Of a stretch of DNA of 64,000 bases, positions 37,955-50,401 are shown in pieces. Numbering within the stretch: position 1 is the first letter of the stretch; every line of letters begins with the position of its first letter. The stretch is from Eledone cirrhosa (Eukaryota), in the NCBI GenBank assembly GCA_964016885.1, contig OZ024741.1, forward strand, positions 100,254,001 to 100,318,000. Direction: 5' to 3'. The position numbers were made by a program, and so were the translations under genes. The notes under the pieces were generated by a model. That model saw only the letters and a list, made by a program, of their open reading frames with translations. It ran no database searches and was not told the origin of the DNA.

Positions 37955-38480
37955 GTTTGCATTTATGCAAACAAGCCTCATTTTAAAAGTAGAATGAACC
38001 CTTCATTTTTTATCTTCTGTTGGCATGTAAATAGAACTGCAGACACTAATGTTTCTGGTTATCACCCTTCATCATTAGAGCTCACTGTTCACCTGCTAAT
38101 TTTTCTTTTTTTATTTGAATGTGGCTAAGCCGGCCATTTATCGCTCGTGTACAGGAAACTGACCGGCCAGTCTGCTGATATGCAAATCTGACTGATCAGT
38201 GGATCTACTAATATGCATATCTGACATATCAGCCAGTCTGCTAAAATGCTAATTAGGCCGATCAGTCACTGCATATTTTAGAAAATAGCATATATTTTCA
38301 TTAGTTCTGGCAGTTGGCCGGCGAACAGTGGGCTGTACTGATGAAGGTTGATACCCAGAAACATTAGTGTATTAGTGTCTGCAGTTCTGTTTACATGCCA
38401 ACACAAGAGCAATAATGAAAGGTTCATTCTACTGACATGGCTTTAAAAATGAGGCTTGTTTACATAATTGCAAATGAATT
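37955..38480. repeat. Diverged fold-back element, about 135-bp arms, with a spacer containing repeated Octamer-like motifs
   Basis: 37955-38090 is the reverse complement of 38322-38478. Confidence 0.8.
38330..38387 (+). ncRNA. Type I hammerhead ribozyme
   Basis: gggctgta-CTGATGA-a ggt tgat acc ca-GAAAC attagt(gtattagt) GTC-tgcagttc. Stem I has 8 of 8 pairs including G-U. Confidence 0.75.
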
Positions 38481-39217
38481 GAATGTTATTACTAATATTC
38501 GAAAAACTCAGATTACATATATATATATATAAAACAATGTTCGATTTTTTATTTCTTTTAAGCAATTTTAACAAACAATTCCAGAGATCATATACATCCT
38601 TTTGCATATATACTCTCATGTTCCCCTTCTCAAACCTACTATTGGAGCAAACATCCTATATTACATTTTAACAACCCCTCTTACCAAGTCCACGACATAC
38701 ATGATTTATATTTTTAATTGTAATTCATTTCAGTTAGGTTTCAAATGCCCATAGGAAGGTTTGAACTACGTACGCTATGTTTTTACTTCATCGTCTTTTA
38801 ATAGTTTTTAGTTTCATGCATACTTGGAGAAAGTAACGAGGAATTATTCAAGCGTATTGTTAGAAAAAAACGCCTGGAAGCGTATGTATTTTAAAATAGA
38901 ATGTTATGATGGCGAACACATTCCTTCGTTTAATTTTATGAATGATTTCTGAATTAATTTAAATCTACATTGACCCATTTTATGTAGTTCTGGGAAATAT
39001 TTATCAAGTATTTTTACTGAAAGAATGTTCGATGTTTATAAATAGCAATATTTACCAGGAGGGAATTTTCTCCAAGTTATATTTTTATCATCCACAAATC
39101 AGACTTAACCAACAGTTAAAATTGATATCTGTGATTCGTAAAATGACTCCGGAAGGATTTTCAAAGATTTAACTATGATCCTTTTTCAAATCTCCTTATT
39201 TGTATATTATAAGAATG

Positions 39218-39257
<40 letters not shown>

Positions 39258-39263
<6 letters not shown>

Positions 39264-39530
39264 AAAAAGATGAAATCGAAAATGCAACTAGAGACTTTTT
39301 TTTTTAATATACTTATTTGGTTCATTTACCGGTTTCGCAGTTCTTGTGCTTTTCAAAAGTAGAATTGAGATGGAGGGTTTGTAGTTTTTCTCATATCAGT
39401 TACAAAAACAACAAACCCTCCATCTCAATTTTACTTTTGAAAAGCACAAGAACTGCGAAACCCACAAATGAACCAAATAAATATATTTTAAAAAAAAGAC
39501 TCCATTTTCGATTTCATCTTTTTCCTTATA
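39258..39530. repeat. Fold-back element, about 125-bp arms, with a U3-A8 variant HHR on both strands
   Basis: Minus 39323-39360 reads tt TTGAAAA gca caagaac tgc GAAAC cg GTA aa. The plus copy at about 39434-39470 has a damaged stem III. Confidence 0.85.
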
Positions 39531-39587
39531 ATTTCACTCGTCTAGGACAGCTCGTTTTTTTCCATTTTGTAAAAAACACCTCACATT

Positions 39588-39645
<58 letters not shown>

Positions 39646-39647
<2 letters not shown>

Positions 39648-39720
39648 TGGTGTCCCCAAAAGTGTATACTCACTTTGATTACCTGTACAGGCATACGTGT
39701 ACAATGTTGGTGGGGACATC

Positions 39721-39723
<3 letters not shown>
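39646..39723. mobile_element. Tc1/mariner-type MITE
   Basis: Imperfect TIRs CATGGTGTCCCCA / TGGGGACATCCTG, inside (TA)n. Confidence 0.6.
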
Positions 39724-39766
<43 letters not shown>

Positions 39767-39873
39767 ATAATAATAAATTTCAAGACTAAAATCCAAAGAG
39801 GGCTCGATAAGGATAAATATATATCAAATATATAAGAACCGTAGAGCAAATATTTATTAAAATAACAGATTAA

Positions 39874-39924
39874 AGTTTAAGCAAATAATCGCTGCTTTCA
39901 CCCTTATCGGGATCTTCTGAAACT
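39874..39924 (-). ncRNA. HHR-like motif with CAGAAGA core
   Basis: Mirror copy of 41894-41944. Confidence 0.55.
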
Positions 39925-40872
39925 AACAAAGTCAATCTGTAAACGCAGAAGTGGATATTTCAAAAAACGTTGCAACCGGAGGAAGACAGGAAGACGATAC
40001 TTTGGTTCGTGGAAACGTTCACTGGTAAAGAACGGGAAAAAACGAATAAGATACGTCATTAATAGGAGCGGTGAAAAACAATTACGCGCAAAGACAGAAC
40101 CACGTTTATGGTATAAAAGAGGTCGTAGACCAATGTTCTGTTAGGTGGTTCATAGAGACGTTCTCTGGCAATGAACGAAAAAGAACGAAGATAATACGTC
40201 ATATGTGGAGCGTGGAGAACAATAGCACGCAAAGACAAAACCGCGTAAATGGTATAGCAGAAGTCGTAGACTAAAATTCTAACTAGGAGACCGAATGAAT
40301 CTCCGCTACAGAGTTAAGAACAAAGTAAATAAATACAATACAGAAGTAATAGAAATAAATAAATACATACACGCAAACAAATACGTACATACACAAGCAT
40401 ACGCAAAACCCTTACCATAGGTATACAAAACCACGCACATATAAATATGTGTGTGTGTGTATGCGTGTATACAAATAAATAAATAATTATATAAACGTAT
40501 ATAAATAAATAAATACGTATATAACAAGTGCACACACATACCTACATGTAAATACACGAATGTTCGGAGACGTAAGTCAACCAAAACATGAAGTACACAT
40601 ATACACACACCCTACATACGTACAAACCTGCATACTCACACAGACGCAAAACTCCCGTATACACATAGCCAAACCATATGTTCCAGAATAAAAAAAATAA
40701 AAAAATTTAATACGCCATAACATAAACAATCAAATATACGTACGAGAAGGTATACGTACCTTCACGAAACATACGGGTAATATATACTTACCTATGCAAA
40801 TAAGTAATGGTATAAACAAAACATATACTTAGCTCCCACATCAAGACGTAAAATATCCATGTATAGATCGTA

Positions 40873-41250
40873 CTATCCGTTAGGGTATAACGTGGGGCTG
40901 TAATACAGGAAAGTTTTGTGCAATTTATGTTTACAAGCCGAAAAGGCCTCAGAATTTTTGTTTAAGATGTGGTGTGTGGCGTACACTATTTCCAGGGCCT
41001 CAGCGGCGCAGAGGTTACATTTTCTTTTATTTCCGTTATATGATCTAGCCCTAGCTAGGATCTCCCAGTGTAACTTATATTAGGTGTGGTTGTCTTTTAG
41101 ACTCCAGATATAAGCTGAAAGTGACGTCATATTCCTTCTTAGAGGGTAACGAAAAGAATGGGTATGCGTGTAAAGACGCTGCTTGAATCTATTGGCGGTT
41201 AACCCTATGTAGGCCCTACGGGACGTGGGTGTTACAACCTACATTTGGTG
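40873..41250 (-). pseudogene. Naiad-type GIY-YIG endonuclease C-terminus (one in-frame TAA)
   Basis: RAYIGLTANRFKQRLYTHTHSFRY...TSLSAYIWSLKDNHT*YKLHWEILARARSYNGNKRKCNLCAAEALEIV...ILNKNSEAFSACKH. Confidence 0.88.
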
Positions 41251-41893
41251 TGACTTACGTCTCCGAACATTTGTGTATTTACATGTAGCTATGTGTGTGC
41301 GCTTGTTATATACGTATTTATTTATTTATATACGTTTATATAATTATTTATTTATTTGTATACACGCATACACACGCACACATATTTATATGTGCGTGGT
41401 TTTGTATACCTATGGTAAGGGTTTTGCGTATGCTCGTGTATGTACGTATTTGCTTGCGTGTATGTATTTATTTATTTCTATTACTTCTGTATTGTATTTA
41501 TTAACTCTGTAGCGGAGATTCATTCGGTCTCCTAGTTAGAATTTTAGTCTACGACTTCTGCTATACCATTTACCTGGTTTTGTCTTTGCGTGCTATTGTT
41601 CTCCACGCTCCACATATGACGTATTATCTTCGTTCTTTTTCGTTCATTGCCAGAGAACGTCTCTATGAACCACCTAACAGAACATTGATCTACGACCTCT
41701 TTTATACCATAAACGTGGTTCTGTCTTTGCGCGTAATTGTTTTTCACCGCTCCTATTAATGACGTATCTTATTCGTTTTTTCCCGTTCTTTGCCAGCGAA
41801 CGTTTCCACGAACCAAAGTATCGGCTTCCTGTCTTCCTCCGGTTGCAACGTTTTTTGAAATATCCACTTCTGCGTTTACAGATTGACTTTGTT

Positions 41894-41944
41894 AGTTTCA
41901 GAAGATCCCGATAAGGGTGAAAGCAGCGATTCTTTGCTTAAACT
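41894..41944 (+). ncRNA. HHR-like motif with CAGAAGA core
   Basis: agttt-CAGAAGA-t ccc gataa ggg t-GAAA gca gcgattctt tgc TT-aaact. Confidence 0.6.
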
Positions 41945-41960
41945 TTAATCTGTTATTTTA

Positions 41961-42010
<50 letters not shown>

Positions 42011-43415
42011 GGAGATAGATATATATATATTACTAAATAAGGAATGTCATCAGTGCTCGATGTCCTATAGCAATTAGTAGAGAGTAATGTGATGATCCGG
42101 ATAATACTGACCATAGGTATCTGACATTTCTTTCCTTCGCTTTTGGTTTAACATCCTATTCCTATATTTAATTTGTATATTTGTTCACCTAACTATCAAT
42201 AAACCTTTTCTTTGCTCTTAACTTGCATAGTGAGTTATATTTAAACATTAATGCACTTCGGTGTGAAATTTTTCTAAGTGAGATACAGTCAAAACCTTCC
42301 ATTCAGGCTGAGAAAAGTGCTAAAATCTGTCTCTAACTGGAAATATATTATTTGGTTCAAGTACATCATATAATCGACAAGTTATCCGTCACATTGAACG
42401 AATGATAGCAGGACAACTCTAATTAACAAAGCTATATCACTACAATTGTACGTTTAAAACTGTGTTACCACATCAGTACATACTATTTTAAATCAACACT
42501 CCTCCACTACATGTTATTAGCACGTTTGGCATGCTTATATCTTTACATTATCACAACACATAATTACACTTGTCCAAAACATAACCAACGATGAAGTTTA
42601 TAACACGTCACTTCATATATTGTATATGGCAGAAAATCATCCCTAAATTACAGCCCACCTTAAAAATGGAAAGACATACTAGACTACTCTAGCAAATCTG
42701 TCACCATCACCACCATCAACACCACCACCATCATCAACATCATTGCCCCCAACAACACTAAAATAACAGCAGCAATAGCAATAATAAAACAATAAAGAAG
42801 AGAACAATTCCAATAATGTCATGTATTCCTTTGACATATCTGTGAGACAATGATTCAATGACTGAACGTTGAGGTTATTCCGTACACATCAGATGATGTC
42901 AAGTTAACACGAGCCTCTGTCGTCTATAAATTAAAACCGACAACAATCAGCTCTGGGATTTTTTTTTCTCTTACATTTTGTATTCAAATTCATTTTCATG
43001 ATTCGAAAGACATATTTTCTTTAAAAAATATTATATCGGCTTTCGTCTATATTTTCTTATATATGTTTCTTTATCTAGATATTATTTTCTACTTTCTGCA
43101 TTTTATCTATTATAATTTTATAATTATTAATATGTGTATTGTCAAATATTTATTAATGTTCTTTTTTATGTCATTGAATTTTGTCCGCTATCGTGTTAGA
43201 AATCTCCCACTGATTTTGTACTTCGTCTTCGCAACATCGCCAACGTCTTGGGCTCACATATATTAACATACATTATCTCTGATGATGAAGATAATGATAA
43301 GAAACATAATAATAGTTATCATTATTTATTTATTGTTATTATCATATTTTAATATTTGTATTTCGTATTTATTTACATTGTTTAATATAATATACACACA
43401 CAATCAGACTGACAG

Positions 43416-43540
<125 letters not shown>

Positions 43541-43568
43541 TATATATATACACACACACACACACACC

Positions 43569-43617
<49 letters not shown>

Positions 43618-43983
43618 TTGTATACATGTCAGTCACTATAAAGTTATTAATGTTTATTTATTTTCGAAGATTTTTCCCCCACTCTATTCATTTACACATG
43701 CATCGTGTGAATTTTATCTTTCATAATCAATAATACACGTGTGTATCTCGCACTCCCAGACTCGCAGACGCTTACTCCCTCTCTGCTTCATACGGTCTGT
43801 CTCATTGTCAGTCTGTTCGTCTGCATTTCTCTCTTTGTGTCTATGCATATACTTTTTATACACACGCACACACACACATAGAACCGCTCACAAATACCAC
43901 ACACATGAATATTCGCATGCACTCACACACATTTACGAACGCATGCACACACGCATACATCTCTCTCTCTCTATATATATATG

Positions 43984-44087
<104 letters not shown>

Positions 44088-44541
44088 TATATACATTTAC
44101 AGGCATGGTTATATATTTCAATGTATTTTCTCCTTAACTTTTACTGCATTCTGTCTCATCAAATTTGTTTTTACATTTACTTTTCTGCAAATTGAAAATG
44201 TTTTTAGAAAAGGTCAGGTTATCCTTGCAAACTTCATAAATCATTTTCTAGAAATGAATGATCTAAACCAGTTTCTGAAATATTACAATCAACGTGAATG
44301 CCTCTCATTCAAATCTTCCAGAAATATTGAAACAGAATTTGATTTAGTTAAGTGCACAGAATGAACCTTTGCAACACGTTAATTCTGCTTTAGTTCTTTT
44401 TATTTCACTTCCTCAAGCCAAAAACACTTTGACGTATATACATACATCGAACAGTGCTTCATGAATGGCATCATATTCAGCCTTCAACTGCAACTGGAAT
44501 TTACAACGAACTATCTCTCTCTTCCTCTCTCCAACTATCCC

Positions 44542-44544
<3 letters not shown>

Positions 44545-44595
<51 letters not shown>

Positions 44596-44599
44596 GCAC

Positions 44600-44663
<64 letters not shown>

Positions 44664-44698
44664 GCGCGCGCGCACACACACATACACACACACACATA
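44545..44698. repeat. Compound (TA)n(CA)n(CG)n(CA)n alternating purine-pyrimidine tract
   Basis: Direct reading. Confidence 0.95.
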
Positions 44699-44849
44699 CC
44701 CCTTCCCCACATATATATGCATATTTGCGGCAGAGTTGTATGCCAAATTCTATGAAATATTTTCATATGCATACAAGCAATAAAGGCATTTAATCATGTT
44801 AGGACATATAGTCAAGACATAAAATCACCAACTCTGTCAGTGATGGGTT

Positions 44850-45900
44850 TGTGTAGTGATTTTATAAGCATATTTGGTGAAATGTTCTTGCATTTCTGTA
44901 TTTGTTATATTGGAACTAACCTTGAAAGTTTATGTCGATTTGCGGCAATATTTTAGAGATGAAGCTATTATCTTGATACAATTTCATGTTATAGACGACA
45001 GTCCCTTCATCCATTTTCCATCTCAAATAACATTCTCCTCAATTGTAGTCCAGCTATGTTGATGTGTATATATCACTGATGTGACTTGACACTTTGTTAA
45101 AATAAATTCCCTTCGTATATGCCTTCTATACGACAGATCAGGTCTATATTGTAACATTATAATAAAAATTGATCTCTATGCTTCTTCTATACATTATGAT
45201 TTTGAACTCGTTTTTCTCATTCGCTCACTTTTACAGCTTACTTTATCTCTTACCCTATCTTCATCGCAGCCCATACACCTCGTTATCTTTAGACACTGTA
45301 GCTGTCACTATTATATAAAGAAACAGCATAAACAGTCCCAAAGCTGTATAATATATTTCTATCTAGGCAATGGTATAGACACCATCATTAAAAATTAAAA
45401 TCCGGAACACTGTCTTGTTGACTTAGACCGACGAGAAATGGAGAAGAATTTGAAGGTTTTACCAGATTTATGTGCACTGTTTTCCCTCGGCCTTTTCTGT
45501 TACTTCTTAAAATTCAACTAATTTGTCCTATGCGTCTTTTCTACAAGCATGCTCATATATTTTAGACATGGGAATAATATACGCGCAGTCACCTATCAAT
45601 TGCTTTGCCTCCATTTATTTTGACATGTGGCGTTTAATTTGGACGATTTATCAGCTTCGATTTGCTGCCTGGAAACCATAAATGGAACTGAGTAGAATAG
45701 AAATTTGGTAGTATATACGTAGACACAGTAGCCACACGTTTCTTCGGGTGAATGAATCAGTATTCACATCGGCTTATCACAAATCAAATGTAGGATTTGG
45801 TCTGGTACTTCAGCCTGTCGCAAAATGTTGTTGAGTGTTCAGCAATTACCTCAGTAATTCAACGTGTTCTTCCTCATAATATATATTTCGATTAATGTTG
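44850..45900 (-). pseudogene. Possible ancient RTE-like LINE remnant
   Basis: The reverse complement near 45390-45425 (gtcaacaagacagtgttccggattttaattttt) resembles decayed VRQG.VLSP.LFN. No clean frame remains. Confidence 0.25.
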
Positions 45901-46619
45901 TACCTATCATCACCGGTGTTGTTTTTATATTTTACACCATTTTATCATCGGTAACATGTGAATCCACATCCTTTAAAGGTTGTTGCTCATCAAAATAAAG
46001 TCGATTAAATATATCACCATTTATCTTGTAATTGTAGGTTTTAAGGAAATAGTTATTCAATATGAAAAGCAAAAATAAAATAATAAAAACAACAGTTGAG
46101 GTCTCTACTGTAGAATAAGCTTTCCGTCTAAATGGCAGCTTTAGTTTCTGGTCTCATATGATAGTAAATGCAGTGTTACAAGTTCTATAATGTTTGACTC
46201 CATTTGGCTTTCCTTAAGATGAGGGTCTATGTAAGATTAGGCATAAGTAGAGTTGGTCTCCGCAGGGAAATATTGAATAGAGTAATTAGAACATGGTTTC
46301 ACAACAAAAAAAAAAAACTGATGTAAACCCCCGAAAACAACTTTAATTTCATTGAAATTAAATTAGTAATTACTCGCCTACCTTTCCATTTCCCAGTATA
46401 TGACACTTTTACATCACAAGAAAATACACCCCTGCTGAAAACATCCATACTTATATTTTAATTGGCGTAGACTATAAATTTGACACTGTTTTTAATCACG
46501 TTTTCTCTGTGTGACCAGTTTACACTTCAACAAAGATCAGTTACTCATACCATATATAGTAGTGTAATACATCATATATATGAGTAGAGAACACACATAC
46601 ATATGCTTATGCACACATT

Positions 46620-46664
<45 letters not shown>

Positions 46665-46747
46665 TTAATGTATAATACATAAATGTTTTCTACAGAACTA
46701 GAAGTGTTTCATTCGGTTACCCCCGATTGAACTCGGGATACACACAA

Positions 46748-46836
<89 letters not shown>

Positions 46837-47626
46837 TAATGCGTGTGTTGTGTATGTGTGTGTGTGAGTGTTTGATTGAGAAAGTGTGTAGGTATAAGTA
46901 GAGGAAGAAATGCAACGACATTAAAAATATATTCATTGAAAAATGTTTCCTGAAAGAGAATTTGTTTAGATAACGAAAAAACATCCAGGCAAGGCTGTTA
47001 TTTGTTAAGTTATAGAAATAAAAATATGGGAAATATTTAATCGCCACTTATCTAGAATTTAGTGTAAAGCAATTACTTCAAGTATATAGTCTAAAAATAT
47101 AATATCCATCTAAAAGTTTAGTACTTTTAAAAAAATACTCCAATATTTATATTATTTTGAAATATGTGCAATGTAACATTTATACTCGAAAATAATATAA
47201 TCGACAAAAATAATTTGATTAGAGTAAATCAATAAATCAATTAATGAATTAAAAAAATATTTTCAATCAGATCATTATAGTGGAGATGCTAAATTTGTAT
47301 ATACATATATGGTAAATTTCTTTAAGTCGTTTGGAAGCCTCGACAATGCAAATGGGTAAATCTCCGGGTAACAAGATCCGGTGGTGGAGAGAGAGATGTA
47401 AGTGGGTGTACGTTGAGATGCGTGGCGTGTATAAGACGTGTAGAGGAATGAAGCAAAGAACATAAAGGATAAAATTAAAATGACAACACGAGAGATAGTT
47501 ACCTTGGGAGAGATTTAATTGTCCCTATATATTTCGGATTCACATCCATCAAATGGGTTTTTTTCCGGGCGGGGGAAAGGTTGTCTGTCGGAAAGGTGCG
47601 AAACGCGTCCTCCGCTATCGTTGGTT

Positions 47627-47689
<63 letters not shown>

Positions 47690-48518
47690 CAATCGCCCAC
47701 AAACCCACAGAAATAAATGCACGCACACACACACGCAGACATATATATATATGTGACTTGCCATTGTTCGCAATCGTGTATCACAGATTGTCCCTAATTA
47801 TTCGTTCCTAGAAGTCAGCGTAATAATCAGGATGAAACAGTTCGAATATTATACTGCAGCTTCATCATTGTGTTAGTATTTCCCACGTGGCATAAATATA
47901 GGTAAAACGGGTTGAAAATGCAAATGGTGTTTTTAAGAAGGTTTACTTACAATAATTTATAACATTCCTGGTTTCACGTGGTCTTACTCAAATTATCAAA
48001 TTTTATTTCGAATATAATATAAACATTTTAAAACTACTAAAATGATAGAGGCATATTTTCTTTTAGAATAAATGTATGAAGTCCTTGTCTTATACTAAAT
48101 TCTAATAATTTACCATATTAATAACTGAGTAACATTTTTCAATTGCCTTAGCTTTTCATATTCATGGAACTTGTGAAACAAGTAACGTTATAATTGATTA
48201 CATTAATTTTTTTAAAAAGATGGCGTAGACATTACAATACAATACAATAGGAGTGAACATAATAGTACCACTGATGATGTTGCAGATGTGAGTCGAAAGA
48301 ACTTTGATTGACTATATTTGTATCTATATCTTTAACCGTTGGCCAATCAATGATAAAAATTGATTGCCAAACAATTTAACTATGGAGATATAAAAGATAC
48401 AGAAGCGAAAACCAACCAAACAGTGAGTGTATTCTGTTATTATTTCTGGCAATATTATTACAACAATATGACCTTCCCCATGTATAACAATATTTGTTTC
48501 GACACACGTATATATATA

Positions 48519-48614
<96 letters not shown>

Positions 48615-48732
48615 AATATATATATATATACATATATATAACATTTTTGGTGGTAATGTTAAATATCATCCAATTATAAGTATTATATTAGCTCAATGTA
48701 AGATAAAAAGTATATTACAATGCCGAAATACT

Positions 48733-49391
48733 TTATAAACAACAATCACAGAGGGTTTTAGAACATTTAATCACTTACGATCGTTGCATCCAAGCACAAG
48801 GCCGGATTCATAGTAAAGGTTAAAACACAAATAAGCTTGTCAAAATAGATTTTGAGGATACATAATACAAGCATAAGTATTTAATATAAGCATAAATATT
48901 TAATATACGCATAAACATTTTGAGGATACATAATATTAACATTCATGTAAGAGAAGATAGCAAATGTAGAAGAAGCATATGAAAAATATGAGCATATAAA
49001 TGCAAAAAACGCAAAAATGAAATTGGAGCAGCTAAAAGCATTAACAATGTTAAAAACATGCTAGTATAGAGAAATAGACTGCTATAAAAATGTTACGTAT
49101 AGTTCAAGGCATTTATTATAATTTGTAATGCTTTTAACTGCTCCTAATTTCATTTTTTTGCATTTATATGCACATATTTGTCATATGTTTCTTCTACCTT
49201 TGCTATATTCTCTTATACGAATGTTAATACGTACGCTTTCTTCCCATATTATGTATCCTCAAACTGTTCTTTGACAAGCTTATTTGTGCTTTAACCTTTA
49301 CTACATACTCCGATGAACCGGCCTTGTGCTTGGATGAAACGATGGTAAGTGATTAAATGTTCGAAAACACTCTTTGATTGTTGTTTATAAA
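48733..49391. repeat. About 660-bp imperfect fold-back element with HHR remnants on both strands
   Basis: Outer arms 48733-48866 / 49247-49391 and inner arms 48934-49045 / 49125-49230 are reverse complements. Confidence 0.85.
49306..49351 (+). ncRNA. Degenerate type I hammerhead ribozyme
   Basis: tact-CCGATGA-a cc..gg at-GAAAC gatg GTA-agtg. The mirror arm retains the palindromic ACGATCGT stem III. Confidence 0.55.
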
Positions 49392-49401
49392 TATATATAT
49401 A

Positions 49402-49711
49402 ATTGTTTCTACGTTAGACACAAGGCCAGTAATTACCCAGTGGCACTTCATTTTATCGACCCCGTAAGGATGAAAGGCAAAGTTAACCTCGTATATATAT
49501 ATATAATTGTTTCTACTTTTGGCACAAGGCCAGCAATTACCCAGTGTATTACTGGTACTTTATTTTATCGACCCCATAAGGATGAAAGGCAAAGTTAACC
49601 TCGGCAGGATTTGAACTCAGAATGGCAAGGGCCGTAACTCTATGCGTCAAAGCATGTCGTCCAACCCCCTACCGATACTGCCAATCCACCGATACTGCCA
49701 ATCCACCGCCC
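49402..49711 (-). mobile_element. Two SINE copies (one truncated, one full)
   Basis: Match consensus. Confidence 0.9.
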
Positions 49712-50319
49712 TTATATATATATATAATGATAATATACCGCCGTATATATATATATAATGATAATAAACAAGAAAGACGGTTTCATTTGTACATTCCTAT
49801 TAATTTTGTTATAAGTAAGGCAGTTGTATAACAACTGCCTTACGTGTTTTCTTCAGAGAAAATCCAAACGAGATGTAAATATCAATTGATATGTTACCGG
49901 TCATACGTGTTATTCCCTTCTCCGACCAGTAAGCATATCGGCTGATTGTTTTCTTCAATTGTTTTCTTTAAAAAAAAATGTATATATATATATATATATA
50001 TATATAAGCTAATTCAAATTTCTAAATTGAATTAAAACCTTTCACCAAATTTTCTCTCTTCTACATGATTTTTCGTCGCCTCATTTGCATCCTTCCGGTC
50101 GCTGACCCTAGATTCTCGTGCTACTTTTGCAGGTAATTACAATGCGCCCGGGGTGAGGCAGCTGTTGAAGATATATGATTATTTTCATTCATGATTACAC
50201 CACACATATACACACAGTTTATCAATAAACACACAAAACACACACACACGCATGCATGCACGCACACACACACACACAAACACGCACGCATACACACACA
50301 CACATACACACACACACAC

Positions 50320-50401
<82 letters not shown>

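Larger units (their letters stand above)
39762..41968 (-). mobile_element. Naiad PLE 3' end with a long inverted pLTR: about 720-bp arms (39850-40580 vs 41250-41968)
   Basis: The arms are reverse complements with few differences (the ORF track shows near-identical 67-aa ORFs on opposite strands). (TA)n flanks both sides. Confidence 0.9.

Noticed and set aside
41500-41800. SECIS element in the Naiad 3' UTR
   Set aside because: ATGA motifs occur in about 150-bp subrepeats, but no SECIS stem with an apical AA was evident and no in-frame TGA was seen in the surviving coding fragments.
47595-47615. GAAACGCGTC hammerhead half
   Set aside because: It is a typical PLE stem III, but no upstream core or inverted arm was found, so it is not called.
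48271-48305. CTGATGA...GAAA hammerhead
   Set aside because: No convincing stem I, II or III around the motifs.
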